From: Bugula neritina
Taxonomy: Eukaryota; Animalia; Bryozoa
Length of the DNA: 64,000 bases
Direction of reading: 5' to 3'
Assembly (NCBI GenBank): GCA_964035545.1
Contig: OZ037770.1
Span: forward strand, 992,001-1,056,000
The notes below the pieces were generated by a model. The model did no database searches. It was not told the origin of the DNA and worked only from the letters and a program-made list of their open reading frames with translations. The translations under genes and the position numbers were made by a program. Positions within the stretch are counted from its first letter, which is position 1. Each line of letters opens with the position of its first letter. Positions 1 to 13,784 of the stretch are shown here, one piece after another.

Positions 1-692
1 AGGGCCGTCAACTTGACGCAACGTGTACTGCTCGATGGCTCTAATAATATTTTTTACTACACAACGAATTTTTAATTTGAATCCTAAAATACAAACACTA
101 AGGTTTCTTCGTCATTTTGAAGAAAGTAGGTTATACAGCCAACATGTCAAAAAAACTGAAATGTGTTAAGTAACTTTTAGATATCTATATGCAGTTTAAT
201 ATTCTTGAAAAATATTATATTTAATAAATTTATATACAGAAATTCAGCAAAAAGTACAAACAGCATTATTTACACTGTAAAGCCACTATAAGATAATCAA
301 TAGGAAAGAACAACATACAATTATATACACAATAAAATACAGAAATTGTTACCATAGCTCCATGAAGCAAAAGAAAAGAAAAGAAAATGTGCTGTGGGAT
401 GGCTATTTTATGAACAAGGAATGTATATCCATACAAACTTAGTATATGCAAGTACTATATGATAAGTATAAAAGTAGAAGACTAAGGAGTGATAACTAGT
501 AGGAAAAATGACTTTGAATAATATATTTTATTAAATACAGCATTTCCAACACAAACATAGTATCAACATAAAATGTTGATACTATAAAGAAGAAAGCAAG
601 AGAAATGTAGCTGAAAAAGTCATTTAAACATACAGACTGTTTAACTGAGAATATAGAATACTAAATACTAGAAGTACTGCATGTCTATATAT

Positions 693-3600
693 CTATATAC
701 AGAGTATAAGAGTTGAATATAAACCAAGAGTCATGTGTGTAATGTCTGTATACAGTCTAGTAAGTTCAGGAGTTATGTTATCTCTGTCAACTAAAACACT
801 TTCTACAAAATCTAAGGCTAACTCAGAGTGTTCTATAGCCTGTGAAACATGACCCAGGTGTAAGAGCAAGTAGGAGATGTACAAATGAACCTGAGCTAGA
901 GATTTCATCTTCAAGTTGGAGGAAGGAAGTGGCTCATAGTAACAGAGAGCTGAATATAAATATTTCCAGCACTTCCTGTACTGATGTAAGTGGAGACAAC
1001 ACTGCCCTAAGAGTTGACAGATATTAGCCCGAGTATCCTTACAGTAGTCAGTAGGTGAATGTTTGAGAGCGAGTAGTAGGAGACCCTTAGCGTGTTTGTA
1101 GTCTGATGATGAGATTAGAGTCTGAGAGAGACTGACTAACACAGTTGTATATAGAGGGAGATGAGCAGTATTACACCTATCTCTCTGTACCAGGGCCATG
1201 TTATAGCAGTGTACTGAGTGTGTATATTGACCTGTCTTATGATAAAGTCTACCCAGTTTATGGTAGGTGTCTGCTATATCTATGTGAGTGGTATTGTCAC
1301 CATGTATAGCTTTAGTCATGTCTAGAGACAAGGTGAGATAATGTAGTGACTTTGTATATTCACCTGTATCTGTGTACACATCAGCATTACCTCTATAACT
1401 GAAAGCAATGTGATTATGGCTGGTTCCTTCACCATAGACTGCTTTAAACATATCAATACCTTTGGTATAGTAGTGAAGGGACAAGGTGTAGTCTGAGAGT
1501 TTGTGATGAACTGAGGCTATGTTACAATAACTACAAGCAATGTGTGCATGCACTGCATCACTGCCATAGACAGCTAGCTGCATCTCTAGACCCTTCCTAT
1601 AGTACTCTAGTGCCTTGCTATATTCACCCATGCCACTATACACAATACCAATATTGTAATAACTACTAGCAATGTGTGCATGCATTGCATCACTGCCATA
1701 GACAGCTTGTCTCATCTCTAGACCCTTCCTATAGTACTCTAGTGTCTTGCTATATTCACCCATGTAACTATACACACTACCAATATTGTTATAACCACTA
1801 GCAATGTCTGCATGCACTGCATCACTGCCATAGACAGCTTGTCTCATCTCTAGACTCTTCCTATAGTACTCTAGTGCCTTGCTATATTCACCCCTGTTAC
1901 TATACACATTACCAATATTGTTATAACTAATAGCAATGTCTGCATGCACTGCATCACTGCCATAGACAGCTAGCTGCATCTCTAGACCCTTCCTATAGTA
2001 CTCTAGTGCCTTGCTATATTCACCCATGTCACTATACACATTCCCAATACTGGTATAACTACTAGCAATGTCTGCATGCACTGCATCACTGCCATAGACA
2101 GCTTGTTTCATCTCTAGACTCTTCCTATAGTACTCTAGTGCCTTGCTATATTCACCCATGTCACTATACACATTCCCAATACTGGTATAACTACTAGCAA
2201 TGTCTGCATGTACTGCATCACTGCCATAGACAGCTAGTCTCATCTCTAGACCCTTTCTATAGTACTCTAGTGCCTTGCTATGTTCACCCCTGTTACTATA
2301 CACACTACCAACATTGGTATAACTACCAGCAATGTGTGCATGCACTGCATCACTGCCATAGACAGCTTGTTTCATCTCTAGACCCTTCCTATAGTACTCT
2401 AGTGCCTTGCTATATTCACCCATGTTACTATACACACCACCAATATTGTTATAACTATTAGCAATGTGGGCATGTGCTGCATCACTGCCATAGACAGCTT
2501 GTTTCATCTCTAGACTCTTCCTATGGTACTCTAGTGCCTTGCTATATTCACCCATGTTACTATACACACCACCAATATTGTTATAACTACTAGCAATATC
2601 TGCATGCACTGCATCATTGCCATAGACATCTTGTCTCATCTCTAGACCCTTCCTATAGTACTCTAGTGCCTTGCTATATTCACCCAGGTCACTATAGACA
2701 TTACCAATATTGTTATAACTTCTAGCAATGTCTGCATGCACTGCATCACTGCCATAGACAGCTAGCTGCATCTCTAGACCCTTCCTATAGTACTCTAGTG
2801 CCTTGCTATATTCACCCATGTTACTATACACAAAACCAATATTGTTACAACTATTAGCAATGTCTGCATGCACTGCATCACTGCCATAGACAGCTAGCTG
2901 CATCTCTAGACTCTCCCTATAGTACTCTAGTGCCTTGCTATATTCACCCATGTCACTATACACAGTACCAATATTGTTATAACTGGTAGCAATGTCTGCA
3001 TGTACTGCATCACTGCCATAGACAGCTAGCTGCATCTCTAGACCCTTCCTATAGTACTCTAGTGCCTTGCTATATTCACCCATGTTACTATACACAGTAC
3101 CAATATTGGTATAACTTCTAGCAATGTCTGCATGCACTGCATCACTGCCATAGACAGCTAGCTGCATCTCTAGACCCTTGCTATAGTACTCCAGTGCCTT
3201 GCTATATTCACCCATGTTACTATACACAGCACCAATATTGTTATAACTACCAGCAATGTCTCCATGCACTGCATCACTGCCATAGACAGCTAGCTGCATC
3301 TCTAGACCCTTCCTATAGTACTCTAGTGCCTTGCTATATTCACCCATGTAACTATGCACAATACCAATATTGTTATAACTACTAGCAATGTCTGCATGCA
3401 CTGCATCACTGCCATAGACAGCTAGCTTCATCTCTAGACCCATCCTATAGTACTCTAGTGCCTTGCTATATTCACCCATGTCCCTATACACACCACCAAT
3501 ATTGGTATAAGTATTAGCAATGTCTGCATGCACTGCATCACTGCCATAGACAGCTAGCTTCATCTCTAGACCCATCCTATAGTACTCTAGTGCCTTGCTA

Positions 3601-6600
3601 TATTCACCCATGTCCCTATACACATTACCAATATTGTTATAATTACTAGCAATGTGTGCATGCACTGCATCACTGCCATAGACAGCTAGCTGCATCTCTA
3701 GACTCTTCCTATAGTACTCTAGTGCCTTGCTATATTCACCCATGTTACTATACACATTACCAATATTGTTATAACCGCTAGCAATGTCTGTATGCACTGC
3801 ATTACTGCCATAAACAGCTCTGAACATCTCACATGCCTTATTTAGATATAGTAAAGACTGCTCATACAGACACATATCTCCATAGACATTACCAACTCTC
3901 ATGTAACAAGAAGCTACACCAGGACTAACACTGTTCACCTCTCTACTAGCTCTCTCAATATTCAACATCATAGCCTCTGCACTCAGCTGTACAGACAACT
4001 TTCCCATCTCACCATGGAGTTGAGAAAACAATGGAATACTATCAATACTGTTCAGAACCTCTTCGGTTATTTCTAGAGATTTAGTGAAGTATTTTAATGC
4101 AAGTTCTGTTTGTCCCATATCACTATAAACTCTACCATATGCAGAGTATATATCTGCCATATCTATGTGGATGGTCTCTATTTTAGACTCTATCATACTG
4201 AGAGCTGAATCAAGATATGACAGAGCTGAGTCATATTCACTCTTACAGCAATGAAGAAGACCAATTTCCACCAACAGAGAAGCTTTCTCACGCTCATTAA
4301 CCTTCAAACTGTCAAACAACTTTTTTACACTTTGATACATTTTAAATGATGAACTATAATCACCTATTTTCGCATGCACATCTGCAATTCTCCAATAACA
4401 CTGAGCAACATCAACATGATCTGAACTGTACAAACTTTTTGTCATAGCTAAAGCCCTGTTATAGAAATCTAAAGAGATGTCATAATTTTCAGCTTTTTCA
4501 TGAAGTTGACCCAAACCACTCAGTAGAAGGGCAATGTCTGGGTGGTTAGTCTGGTCAGTGTGAATTTCTGTCAACTTATCTACGTGATGAGTCAAGTATT
4601 CAACACCTTTATCATGTTCACCTTTTTCTGATCGTAATAAAGCAAGAGAAACTATCAAATCTACATAATGGCTGCCAAATTGTTGCCCTGACCTTTGGGA
4701 ATACAAAATATCAAAAAGTTTTTGTGATTCATTTGCCAACTCTTCAGCTTGCACATAATGTTTCACATTCTCATAAGCTTTGCTAGTCACCCTTAATGCT
4801 TGTGCAATAATTTCAAATATTTCTCTGTCTTCAGCGGAATGCTGAGTGTTGTTAGCCTGTTCTCTAACAAATCTGCTTAAAGTCTGATTCCTTTTTAAAT
4901 TGTACCTCGATCTAAGAACAGAAAAAACGTCACCAATCAAAGAGAAGACCTCATGGTAATTGTGAAGCTGATTGGCTGAGTCAGCTGCTAACACTTTCCA
5001 TTTCAACCTATCCAATGCAGTGTCTGCACAGTTTTCTGCTAACCAAATGAAATATTTCAGACAACTATCATACTTTCTAGAGGAGTACAATAGATATGCA
5101 GCCATTTCAATGTACTTTGACACAACAGTTGACACGTTATTGTCTTCTTGTTCACAATATTGAAGTGCCTTGATCAAATCTTGGGCACTTTTATCAAATG
5201 CATCTGCACCCCAATTAGCTTTGAAAGTTTTAATAGATTGCTCAAAATCTCCACAAAAAAACTCGACCTCCATTTTTAAAGTAAAACCTGGGTTAGTTAA
5301 CGCAACTTGGTTCATCAGTTTTTCTAACAGAGCAAAGCCTGTCCATTCACTTTCACAATCAACCTTATCTAAGTTTCTCTGAACTGATGTCTTTACAGGA
5401 ACAAAGAGAAAAGCTAACAGAACAAAGAAGTCCCTAGATAAATGATAAACTCCTTTGATGAGAGATTTATTGGGAAGATATAAAGAGATATGATCTTCTT
5501 GAGTTCCTAAATGTAGGTATGCAGTTGTTCTGATGTATATGGACAGCGCTGTTATCAAATTTAATCTAAGCAGCTGTTTGTTAGTTAAAATTTTCTGCTC
5601 TTTTAAATGGCATGTTACTGACCAAGGAGTCATTTTATCTAAAGCTATCAACAGTCTCAGGTGGTCAACTAACAGTGTTGGATATCGAAAAATATCGCTT
5701 TTAACTTTGAGTTTTGAATTGTCAGGAAGTCCAAAGGATTTAAAAGTTGGCAGAAAATTGTAAGCAGCAGCATCTGTTTTCAATAACTTCAGGCGTTTTG
5801 TTATTACAGTTGAGTTATTTGCATTTTTTGCTAAAACAGCTCGAAGGTTTTCAAGAGTCTTATCAAACAGTAGTTTATCATTTTTATATGCACATATCAT
5901 GACAATAGAAGATAACAGATCAGCTATATCTGCTATATCACCAGCTGGTGAAGTCAGTGTCTCAGAGTATAGTTCAGTCAACTGTTCTACAGTCAATATC
6001 AAACCCCTGCTACCATCTCCTTTCCCTGTGGGAATATTTCCAGCATTTTTAGATATTCCATCAATACGAAACCCAACAGTAGCACTATCTGAATATAATT
6101 TGTTTATTTCAGAAATATTAAAACCCTTCAATGGTGACTCTCCCATATTACCAATTCTAAAGTAGCTATCAACTGCTAGTTTAGTAAAGTAGTCAATATG
6201 AGAGTCTGACTCAACGACAAAGGCATACTCTAGGTCAGAATATGGAGTGGCTGTACCACGAGCAACAGAACCAAGACCAATCACAGCAAATGAACAGGGA
6301 ATATTTAGACCTGCTGTACTCAAAGTATCAACACTGGACTGTATGAACTTACTACATGTTGATATAAAGTTATCACTGCATTTCTGACTTAGCTCAAATA
6401 CAGAAGTACTAAACTCAGTGAGTGCATCTTCTGCTACAGACAAGTTATCAAGTTTCAAGTTACTTGTGTCAATAGAGCTGAAGTCAGTTGTTGTCTCATT
6501 TCTATAGTCCTCCAGTAACTTGAGATGTTTCTTTGTCAATTCCTGATGTTCCTCATAGCTGAGTGGATGTCTTCCTTCATACCAACAGTCTTCTATTTGG

Positions 6601-7156
6601 TAGACTCTCCTCTGTCTCTCCTCACTGAACTCTAGAGCCAGACATCTGTTAGCTAGTCCATGAGCCTATAGAGAAAAATATGATGGTGGAGTTTCAATGG
6701 CTGGGCAAGCAAATATATTATGTATCTACAAATTAATGTCTTATAAAATCTTCACAGAGAAACCTACAAATCTGTACAAGAAAGATCATTTTTTTAATAT
6801 ATAATAGTTGTAGTGAAACATATTTAGCTTTCCATTGATGTCTTATATTACCTCATAAATACAGAGAAAAGTATGAATTACGCTAAAGAATATTGTGGGT
6901 GGTCCCATGACTCTACATATAGATATAGCTTCCTCTTTTGCAGCTGACATTTTTGCATTGTTACACTTTGTGTGAAAATTCATTGACGTCAATGAAACCT
7001 CATCAAGTTGACTATAGGTGATTTAAAAAGGCTAAAGATCAAAAAATTATAGCAGACTACCTGTAGATGATGCACCCAGTTTCTACTAGACTCGGCCTTC
7101 TTTTGGTATTTTATGGTCAGTTCTTCTAACTTTAATATATTAGTGTAGTCCTCCAT
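693..7156 (-). CDS. ~2022-aa GlnD/DUF294-like nucleotidyltransferase domain plus long TPR array; coding exons 7156-7061 and 6665-693
   Basis: The 1948-aa ORF stays open upstream to a phase-0 acceptor at 6665. It joins in frame to a phase-0 donor at 7061 from an ATG exon (MEDYTNILK...HHLQ|AHGLANRC). It has the Pol-beta-superfamily motif FAVIGLGSVARGTATPYSDLEYAFVV and many TPR units (A..Y.NIG.VY...GEY.KAL.YY.K.L). Confidence 0.85.
1551..3794 (-). repeat. Coding tandem array of 17 x 132 bp (44-aa TPR units)
   Basis: Consensus HADIAxSYxNIGxVYSxMGEYSKALEYYRKGLEMQLAVYGSDAV with an exact 132-bp period, flanked by degenerate TPRs. Confidence 0.97.
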
Positions 7157-8889
7157 GTTGTGATATAAACCACATCTGATACTATTAAATAGATATGCAG
7201 GTGCAGATACTGGCTTATAAAATAAGTTTACATGTAGCAGTAAAATTTTATGCAAAATATTTTCAAATGTGTTTTATTTATAAAGGGACTATTTGGTTGA
7301 AATCATGGGTGTTCAATAGTTGGGTGACATTCACACTCAATAACCAAATACCACTTTGTGAAAATAGTTTTTCAGTATATAAACACTGCATTTACATTAA
7401 TATAACATTGAAATACAATTATTTTCTGCAACTCTCTACTCTAGAATATGTACCTGGGGAACTCCTGCCCTATATAAGTCTTGTGATTATAGGGTTAGCT
7501 TTAATAAAAGCAAACCACCTTTTGTGGTAGGAGAGGGAGGTACTGTATAGTCCCTGTGTTTGTCAGTCTAACCAAGCAAAGAGGATATTTTAACCTAGAA
7601 AAACAATAGTGATCCATTCACCTTTATAATATAGCAATGAAACGTTATTTTTATTACATATCAACAGGTATGTTTCTTTTTCATGCCTATACCAACTCAA
7701 TAAAGCAGATGTGAGCAGATTAGGAACATGTTGGATAACTCCTGTATATTATTACTAATTAGTCTCAATCTGCACAAGTTAAAACAGCTCACTATAATGT
7801 GGTAGGTACAGTAACAGAAAAACTAAAATTATACAGTCTATATAAGTTGCTGGTATTAGTCAACTGTATTAGTGTTAGGTAAGTATAGTGAAGTTTTCAT
7901 CAAATAAATAATATAGTTAATAATTAATATATTTTTATACCTCAAGCTTGTTCTAGCTCTATGTTCTCTATATTCTGTGTGGCTGAGTGCAATATTACTT
8001 TTCCATTGAGTACAACGAGGTTATATGTATGCAAGGAGCAGCTCTTGTATTTGCCAGTTCAACCAACTCTAAAAAATTAAGATACGTTATATGAAATCCT
8101 AACAATATATTACACCATCTCCCAGGATGAGTAACTTACAGTTATTTTATAGAATTCTCACTTCACAACAAGAATAGGGTTTGCAGTCAATTATTAGGAA
8201 AAGGATTTGAACTTGTTGATGATTTTTTCTGTTTTAAGTCTTCACCAATGAAGTTTTTAAAACATTTTACTATTTAGCCATCAGTTTTATATTTATTATA
8301 TATTAAGCTTATGTGAACAGATAGAAAGTTGTATATATTTGATGTAATATACTGTATTCAACTCCTATCTTTGAGGTTTTAAATAGCTACAAAGTGTACA
8401 CTATACATTCCACGGGCTAATGGAAAGTATATTTGTATATGATCAAGGAGTTTGTGGTTCACTTGGTATGTATCTACTCATACTCTCTATTCAATCAGCT
8501 CTGTTCAAAGGAGAAGTCACAGGATACCTGATAGTTTCTATTTACTAGAGTTATTTTGTAATCTGATATGACTGATAGTATTTATGAACTTCTTTCAGTG
8601 TAACTCTATTCCTGATTATCTCAACTACTATTCTCATATTAAGCTAAATATTCACTTCTTTGTTCAGCCTGTGTTATTCTACACCAACCATATTGCTATG
8701 TTAATATGAAAGCTATTTTATGAAAAGCTATAATATGTTCCCATGCAGGGTGATGAGTCTAAGCTTAATTTGTGTGTTTAACCCTGCTATCGGTCTTTAA
8801 GGTCAACAAGTTAATTTTTTTAACTATTCAATTTGCACAATAGAATATTTGCTACTAACACAGCTGAATTATGTATAAAAGCGACTTTA

Positions 8890-9436
8890 TCCGAGTACTG
8901 AGTCTACACATACATTGCATTTACAATATCCAGGGTACTGAGTCTACACATACATTGTATTTACAATATCCAGGGTACTGAGTGTACACATATATTGTAT
9001 TTACAATATCCAGGGTACTGAGTCTACACATACATTGTATTTACAATATCCAGGGTACTGAGTTTATACATACATTGTATTTACAATATCCAGGGTACTG
9101 AGTCTACACATACATTGTATTTACAATATCTATGATACTGAGTTTATACATACATTGTATTTACAATATCCAGGGTACTGAGTCTACACATACATTGTAT
9201 TTACAATATCCAGGGTACTGAGTCTACACATACATTGTATTTACAATATCCAGTTTACTGAGTCTACACATACATTATATTTACAATATCCAGGGTACTG
9301 AGTCTACACATACATTGCATTTACAATATCCAGGGTACTGAGTCTATACACATACATTGTATTTACAATATCCAGTTTACTGAGTCTACACATACATTAT
9401 ATTTACAATATCCAGGGTACTGAGTCTACACATACA
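8890..9436. repeat. 40-bp minisatellite (~13 copies)
   Basis: Unit cagggtactgagtctacacatacattgtatttacaatatc repeated head to tail without spacers. Confidence 0.97.
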
Positions 9437-9812
9437 TATATATATATTGTATAATATTTATGCAGTGTGGATAAGTGTATGACCTGATTTAATAACAGAG
9501 GTATAACTCACTGTAGCTTAGTATACGTAGTTTAAGATAATTTTACAGTTGCATGCTTACTAGACCACGTATATAAAATATTAATGTACGTCTTACTCTA
9601 ACAACTAAGTAAAGCCTATAAAATTACTATTCATGTCACTTTTTAATTACATAAGTTAACTTATTTCTAGGAGTTACATTTTTAAGCTGAGTCTTTATTA
9701 ACAGCCAATTGAGAGAAACTGTTTTTGTTTTGCATAGAAAGTAGATCAGGTATATAGTACATAGTATAAATAATTTTATTCATTGAATTACGTAGTGTTA
9801 TACCAAAATATT

Positions 9813-10261
9813 AAGTTGCGTTTATACCTCTGCTGAAAAAAGTACCGAGTTCAAGTTAATAATGCTTGTCCGGGTACCCCTTTATAGTCAAACTGAAACT
9901 CGTTGAAATCATATTGATGCGGTTGCTCACTTTCTGAAATTGAAATTTGACTCGCATAATAGCTATTTGATGCCCTTTGTAAACGTCGTGAATTAGTGAA
10001 GCGGAAAGCATAAAAGCGATAATTGAGAAGGGGTAGGCTATATAATTATAACCGTATAAGTACGTTGTCTAATCGCCAAAGTAATAACTAAATAACGATG
10101 TTTACAAGGAGTTATTACTCCTATTCTAAAATTGACCGATTAAGTTATCACAGTACAAAAATTTCAACGAGTGGCTTTTACAATGCAATGTAACTCGGAG
10201 AAATTTCAACCCGGCCAAATTGAAATTTTGACTGAAAATCGTGAAGGTATAAACGCAACTT
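9813..10261. mobile_element. Non-autonomous DNA transposon (MITE), TTAA-type context
   Basis: TIR aagttgcgtttatacct / aggtataaacgcaactt. The internal sequence is homologous to 42498-42971. Confidence 0.7.
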
Positions 10262-11713
10262 TACACAGTTCAACTGACAAGGACTGCGGCTACTTACAAG
10301 TTCAGTAGTCAGCTTCCTATTATCACTGAATACTATATTCCTCCTGTTGAGTGTCTAGTTGTGTAGATCAGCCTGCAACTAGTAAACAGAGGTTGTGTGT
10401 TGAATATTTTATATTTAATATATCCTCAGATTAGAACTGGTAAAACATACAGATACTTGTATCTCATATCAATATGTCATTTTATTGGACTAATTGTTGA
10501 TGAGCTTCTACGAAATAAGAAAATGTTAAATTATTAATCATTCAGTTGTTTTCACTGCTTAATTTATCAGATATTTTTCTAAGTATTATGAGTTATTTTG
10601 CTTCATTTAGTACACCTCAACAAACTATGACCTAAAATTAAAGTCTGTTCAAAATTCATTGAGATTTACTATATAGATGGTATTTTTATGTGCTGGTTCT
10701 AATTATAATGCGTAACAGAAAAGGCTGGAATGAGATTCCCCAACATTAAAGCACGCATCATTGTCATATGCACTTGTTATGTTATTATACATGTACTATA
10801 ACCGTCACAAAAAACTGTGATGGTCCACAAATCCAAACTAGGTAAATAATTAGGAAAAACATAGCAAACTAGGCAAAATTAAAAATAACCTCGATTATTT
10901 AGTTGCATTTATGGATATGCTATATAATTATATGTTTTAGCAAAAACCTATATATACATTATATAGCTGCAGCTATATATATATTTGGGAAAAATAGCTA
11001 GAAAAAACTGGGGATTTCCAGTGTGTACTAAATGAAGTGAAATGACCCTTATTTAAATAGACATGTGATGGTTATAGAAAATAGTGGATAATTATAGAAG
11101 TGCCCATTCAAAGCCTGAATGAACCCAATATTTACGGAAAACACTTAATTAATATAGTTATATAATATATGGTTTTATTGAGTGCACATAGTTACACACT
11201 GCCAATATAATCCAGACTACACTAGAACTTATCAGGCAAAGCTCTATTGTCTATTTTAAAACTAGAAAACAGTCGATTATAGTTGGGAAAGTTCACTGTA
11301 GTTTTTATATGTTTTTATTCAAAAAATCAGATAAACTGAATCCATTAATATAGAAATATGACAACAAGATCTTCATTACAATGCCACACACCCAAGACAA
11401 GATATTATACTATATATTTACTATAGTTATAGTTTACCTGGTAATATTGAAGGGGAGAGAAGAAACTCTTAGCAGTCTGTAGAGTAGAGCAGCTCCTCTA
11501 TTTGCCAGTTCAACCAAATCTAAAACAAATTGATACACATGCAATCTTAACAATATCACATCATCACCGTGGGTGAGTAACTTACATTTCTTTATAATTG
11601 ATTTTGACAGTAGAACTGTGGTTTGTAACCAATTATTAGGGCGATGGTTCGAGCTGTTAATAAAAGCAACTAAATTTTTTAAAACATTTCACTATAATAA
11701 GCTTTTATGAACA

Positions 11714-11900
<187 letters not shown>

Positions 11901-11970
11901 GTAAAATGAGTGTTTATAAAACGTTACTATAGAGTGCTCTATAGAAATAAATCTAGAGCATAAACATTAG

Positions 11971-12124
11971 ATTTGATTAATATAATGGCATTTATTACTA
12001 GTAGTTTCATACACAAGAACGATGTGCGCTCGTCAGATAAATTTGCCACTAAATTTATTTGACGAGTGCACATCGTTCTTGTGTACAAAACTACTAGTAA
12101 TAAATGCCATTATATTAATCAAAT
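11971..12124. repeat. Near-perfect 154-bp palindrome (74-bp arms, 6-nt loop), probable fold-back MITE
   Basis: 11971-12044 is the reverse complement of 12051-12124 with about 4 mismatches. The loop is gccact. Confidence 0.85.
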
Positions 12125-12141
12125 TTCATTTGATTTCTTCT

Positions 12142-12233
<92 letters not shown>

Positions 12234-12744
12234 TATGTATACCAGCTAGTATACTAATATACTCAGCAATAAAGTGATATATTCGACTATTATATAAAAC
12301 TAGTAAAGTCAGAGAAACTTACCTGAAACTGAGACTCACTGGTGAAAGTAACTTGAAGTTACAGAAGTCATCTTTTCTGTAGAGAAACCATCAGAAGAAA
12401 CCACAGAGCAAACATTCTACAATATTGAATGTTGAGTTAAAGAGAAAGCTTTATATATTCGACCATAACAAACCAGTTAGCAAGGTATGAGTGTATTTTC
12501 TATTCACTGAAAACCTTTACAATTTAGACACAATACCACATATTATGTGAAATTTGATAGTTCAATAGGTTTACTTTGTATCATCATTTAAGAATTGACG
12601 TCAATTTTTCACTTTGAGTTACATTTTTAGACCAGCTATTATTCCTCATTTAACAAAATATTTGCTGCTTTGTCAACCTTGCTATTCATTAGTGAGAATG
12701 TTTTCATGGTAACGCAGTCTTATGTATAAGGGGCATGCTTTCCT

Positions 12745-13180
12745 CAGGGTACTGAGTCTACACATACATTATATTTACAATATCCAGGGTACTGAGTCTA
12801 CACATACATTGTATTCACAATATCCAGGGTACTGAGTCTACACGTACATTGTATTTACTATATCCAGGGTACTGAGTCTACACATACATTATATTTACAA
12901 TATCCAGGGTACTGAGTCTACACATACATTGTATCTACAATATCCAGTGTACTGAGTCTACACATACATTGTATTTACAATATCCAGGGTACTGAGTCTA
13001 CACATACATTGTATCTACAATATCCAGGGTACTGAGTCTACACATACATTATATTTACAATATCCAGGGTACTGAGTCTACACATACATTGTATTTACAA
13101 TATCCAGGGTACTGAGTCTGCACATACATGGTATTTACAATATCCAGGGTACTGAGTCTACACATACATTGTATTTACAA
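12745..13180. repeat. 40-bp minisatellite (~11 copies), same unit as 8890-9436
   Basis: Same consensus unit as the first array. Confidence 0.97.
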
Positions 13181-13784
13181 TTTTGCGGGAAAATGTTGAG
13201 ATGTAGTGAATTGTAATGTAGTGCATCATGATGTAGTGTAGAGTATTGTGATGTAGTGTCGTGTATTTTGCACTTCAATATATAAACAAAGATGGAAGTC
13301 TTCTATTTTAAACCATACATTATTATATATTATATACAGTTATCTCCACCTGTATAGGTTATACAACTACTTTCCGAATATGCAGTAAGTAATAATATAT
13401 TTGTTTAGTGATTATCTCCTCTGATAATGTCACATATTTTAACCCTTACACTGCAGGGCTGACTGGTTCAGCTGCAGCTGGTAAATGAAATATAAACCAC
13501 TCTGTGTGTCTGTAGATCCGTCTAAGAGAAGAAGAGGTGGGTTTATAATTTTGGTAAACTGGTACTGTTTGGGTGCGTTATCTCCACCCCCCTCTCTCTC
13601 CTTGGCTATATCTAAACTCTGGAACTCATGCCATGTCAGGGTAAACTGATTTTTTCAATTCATGGAAATTAAAAGTTTTTTAGAAGTTTTCTATAAGTAT
13701 TCCAAGTTTTCTATAATTCAGTTCACTATTCAGAATATAACTCCAAATTAGATTCTATATAATTGATTTTACCACATCTTAGTA

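Noticed and set aside
842-6165. Short plus-strand ORFs opposite the NTase-TPR gene
   Set aside because: Antisense shadows. The repeated ones simply mirror the 132-bp array.
12022-12249. ORFs with IYIY runs (also 21373 and 22155)
   Set aside because: Translations of (TA)n microsatellites.
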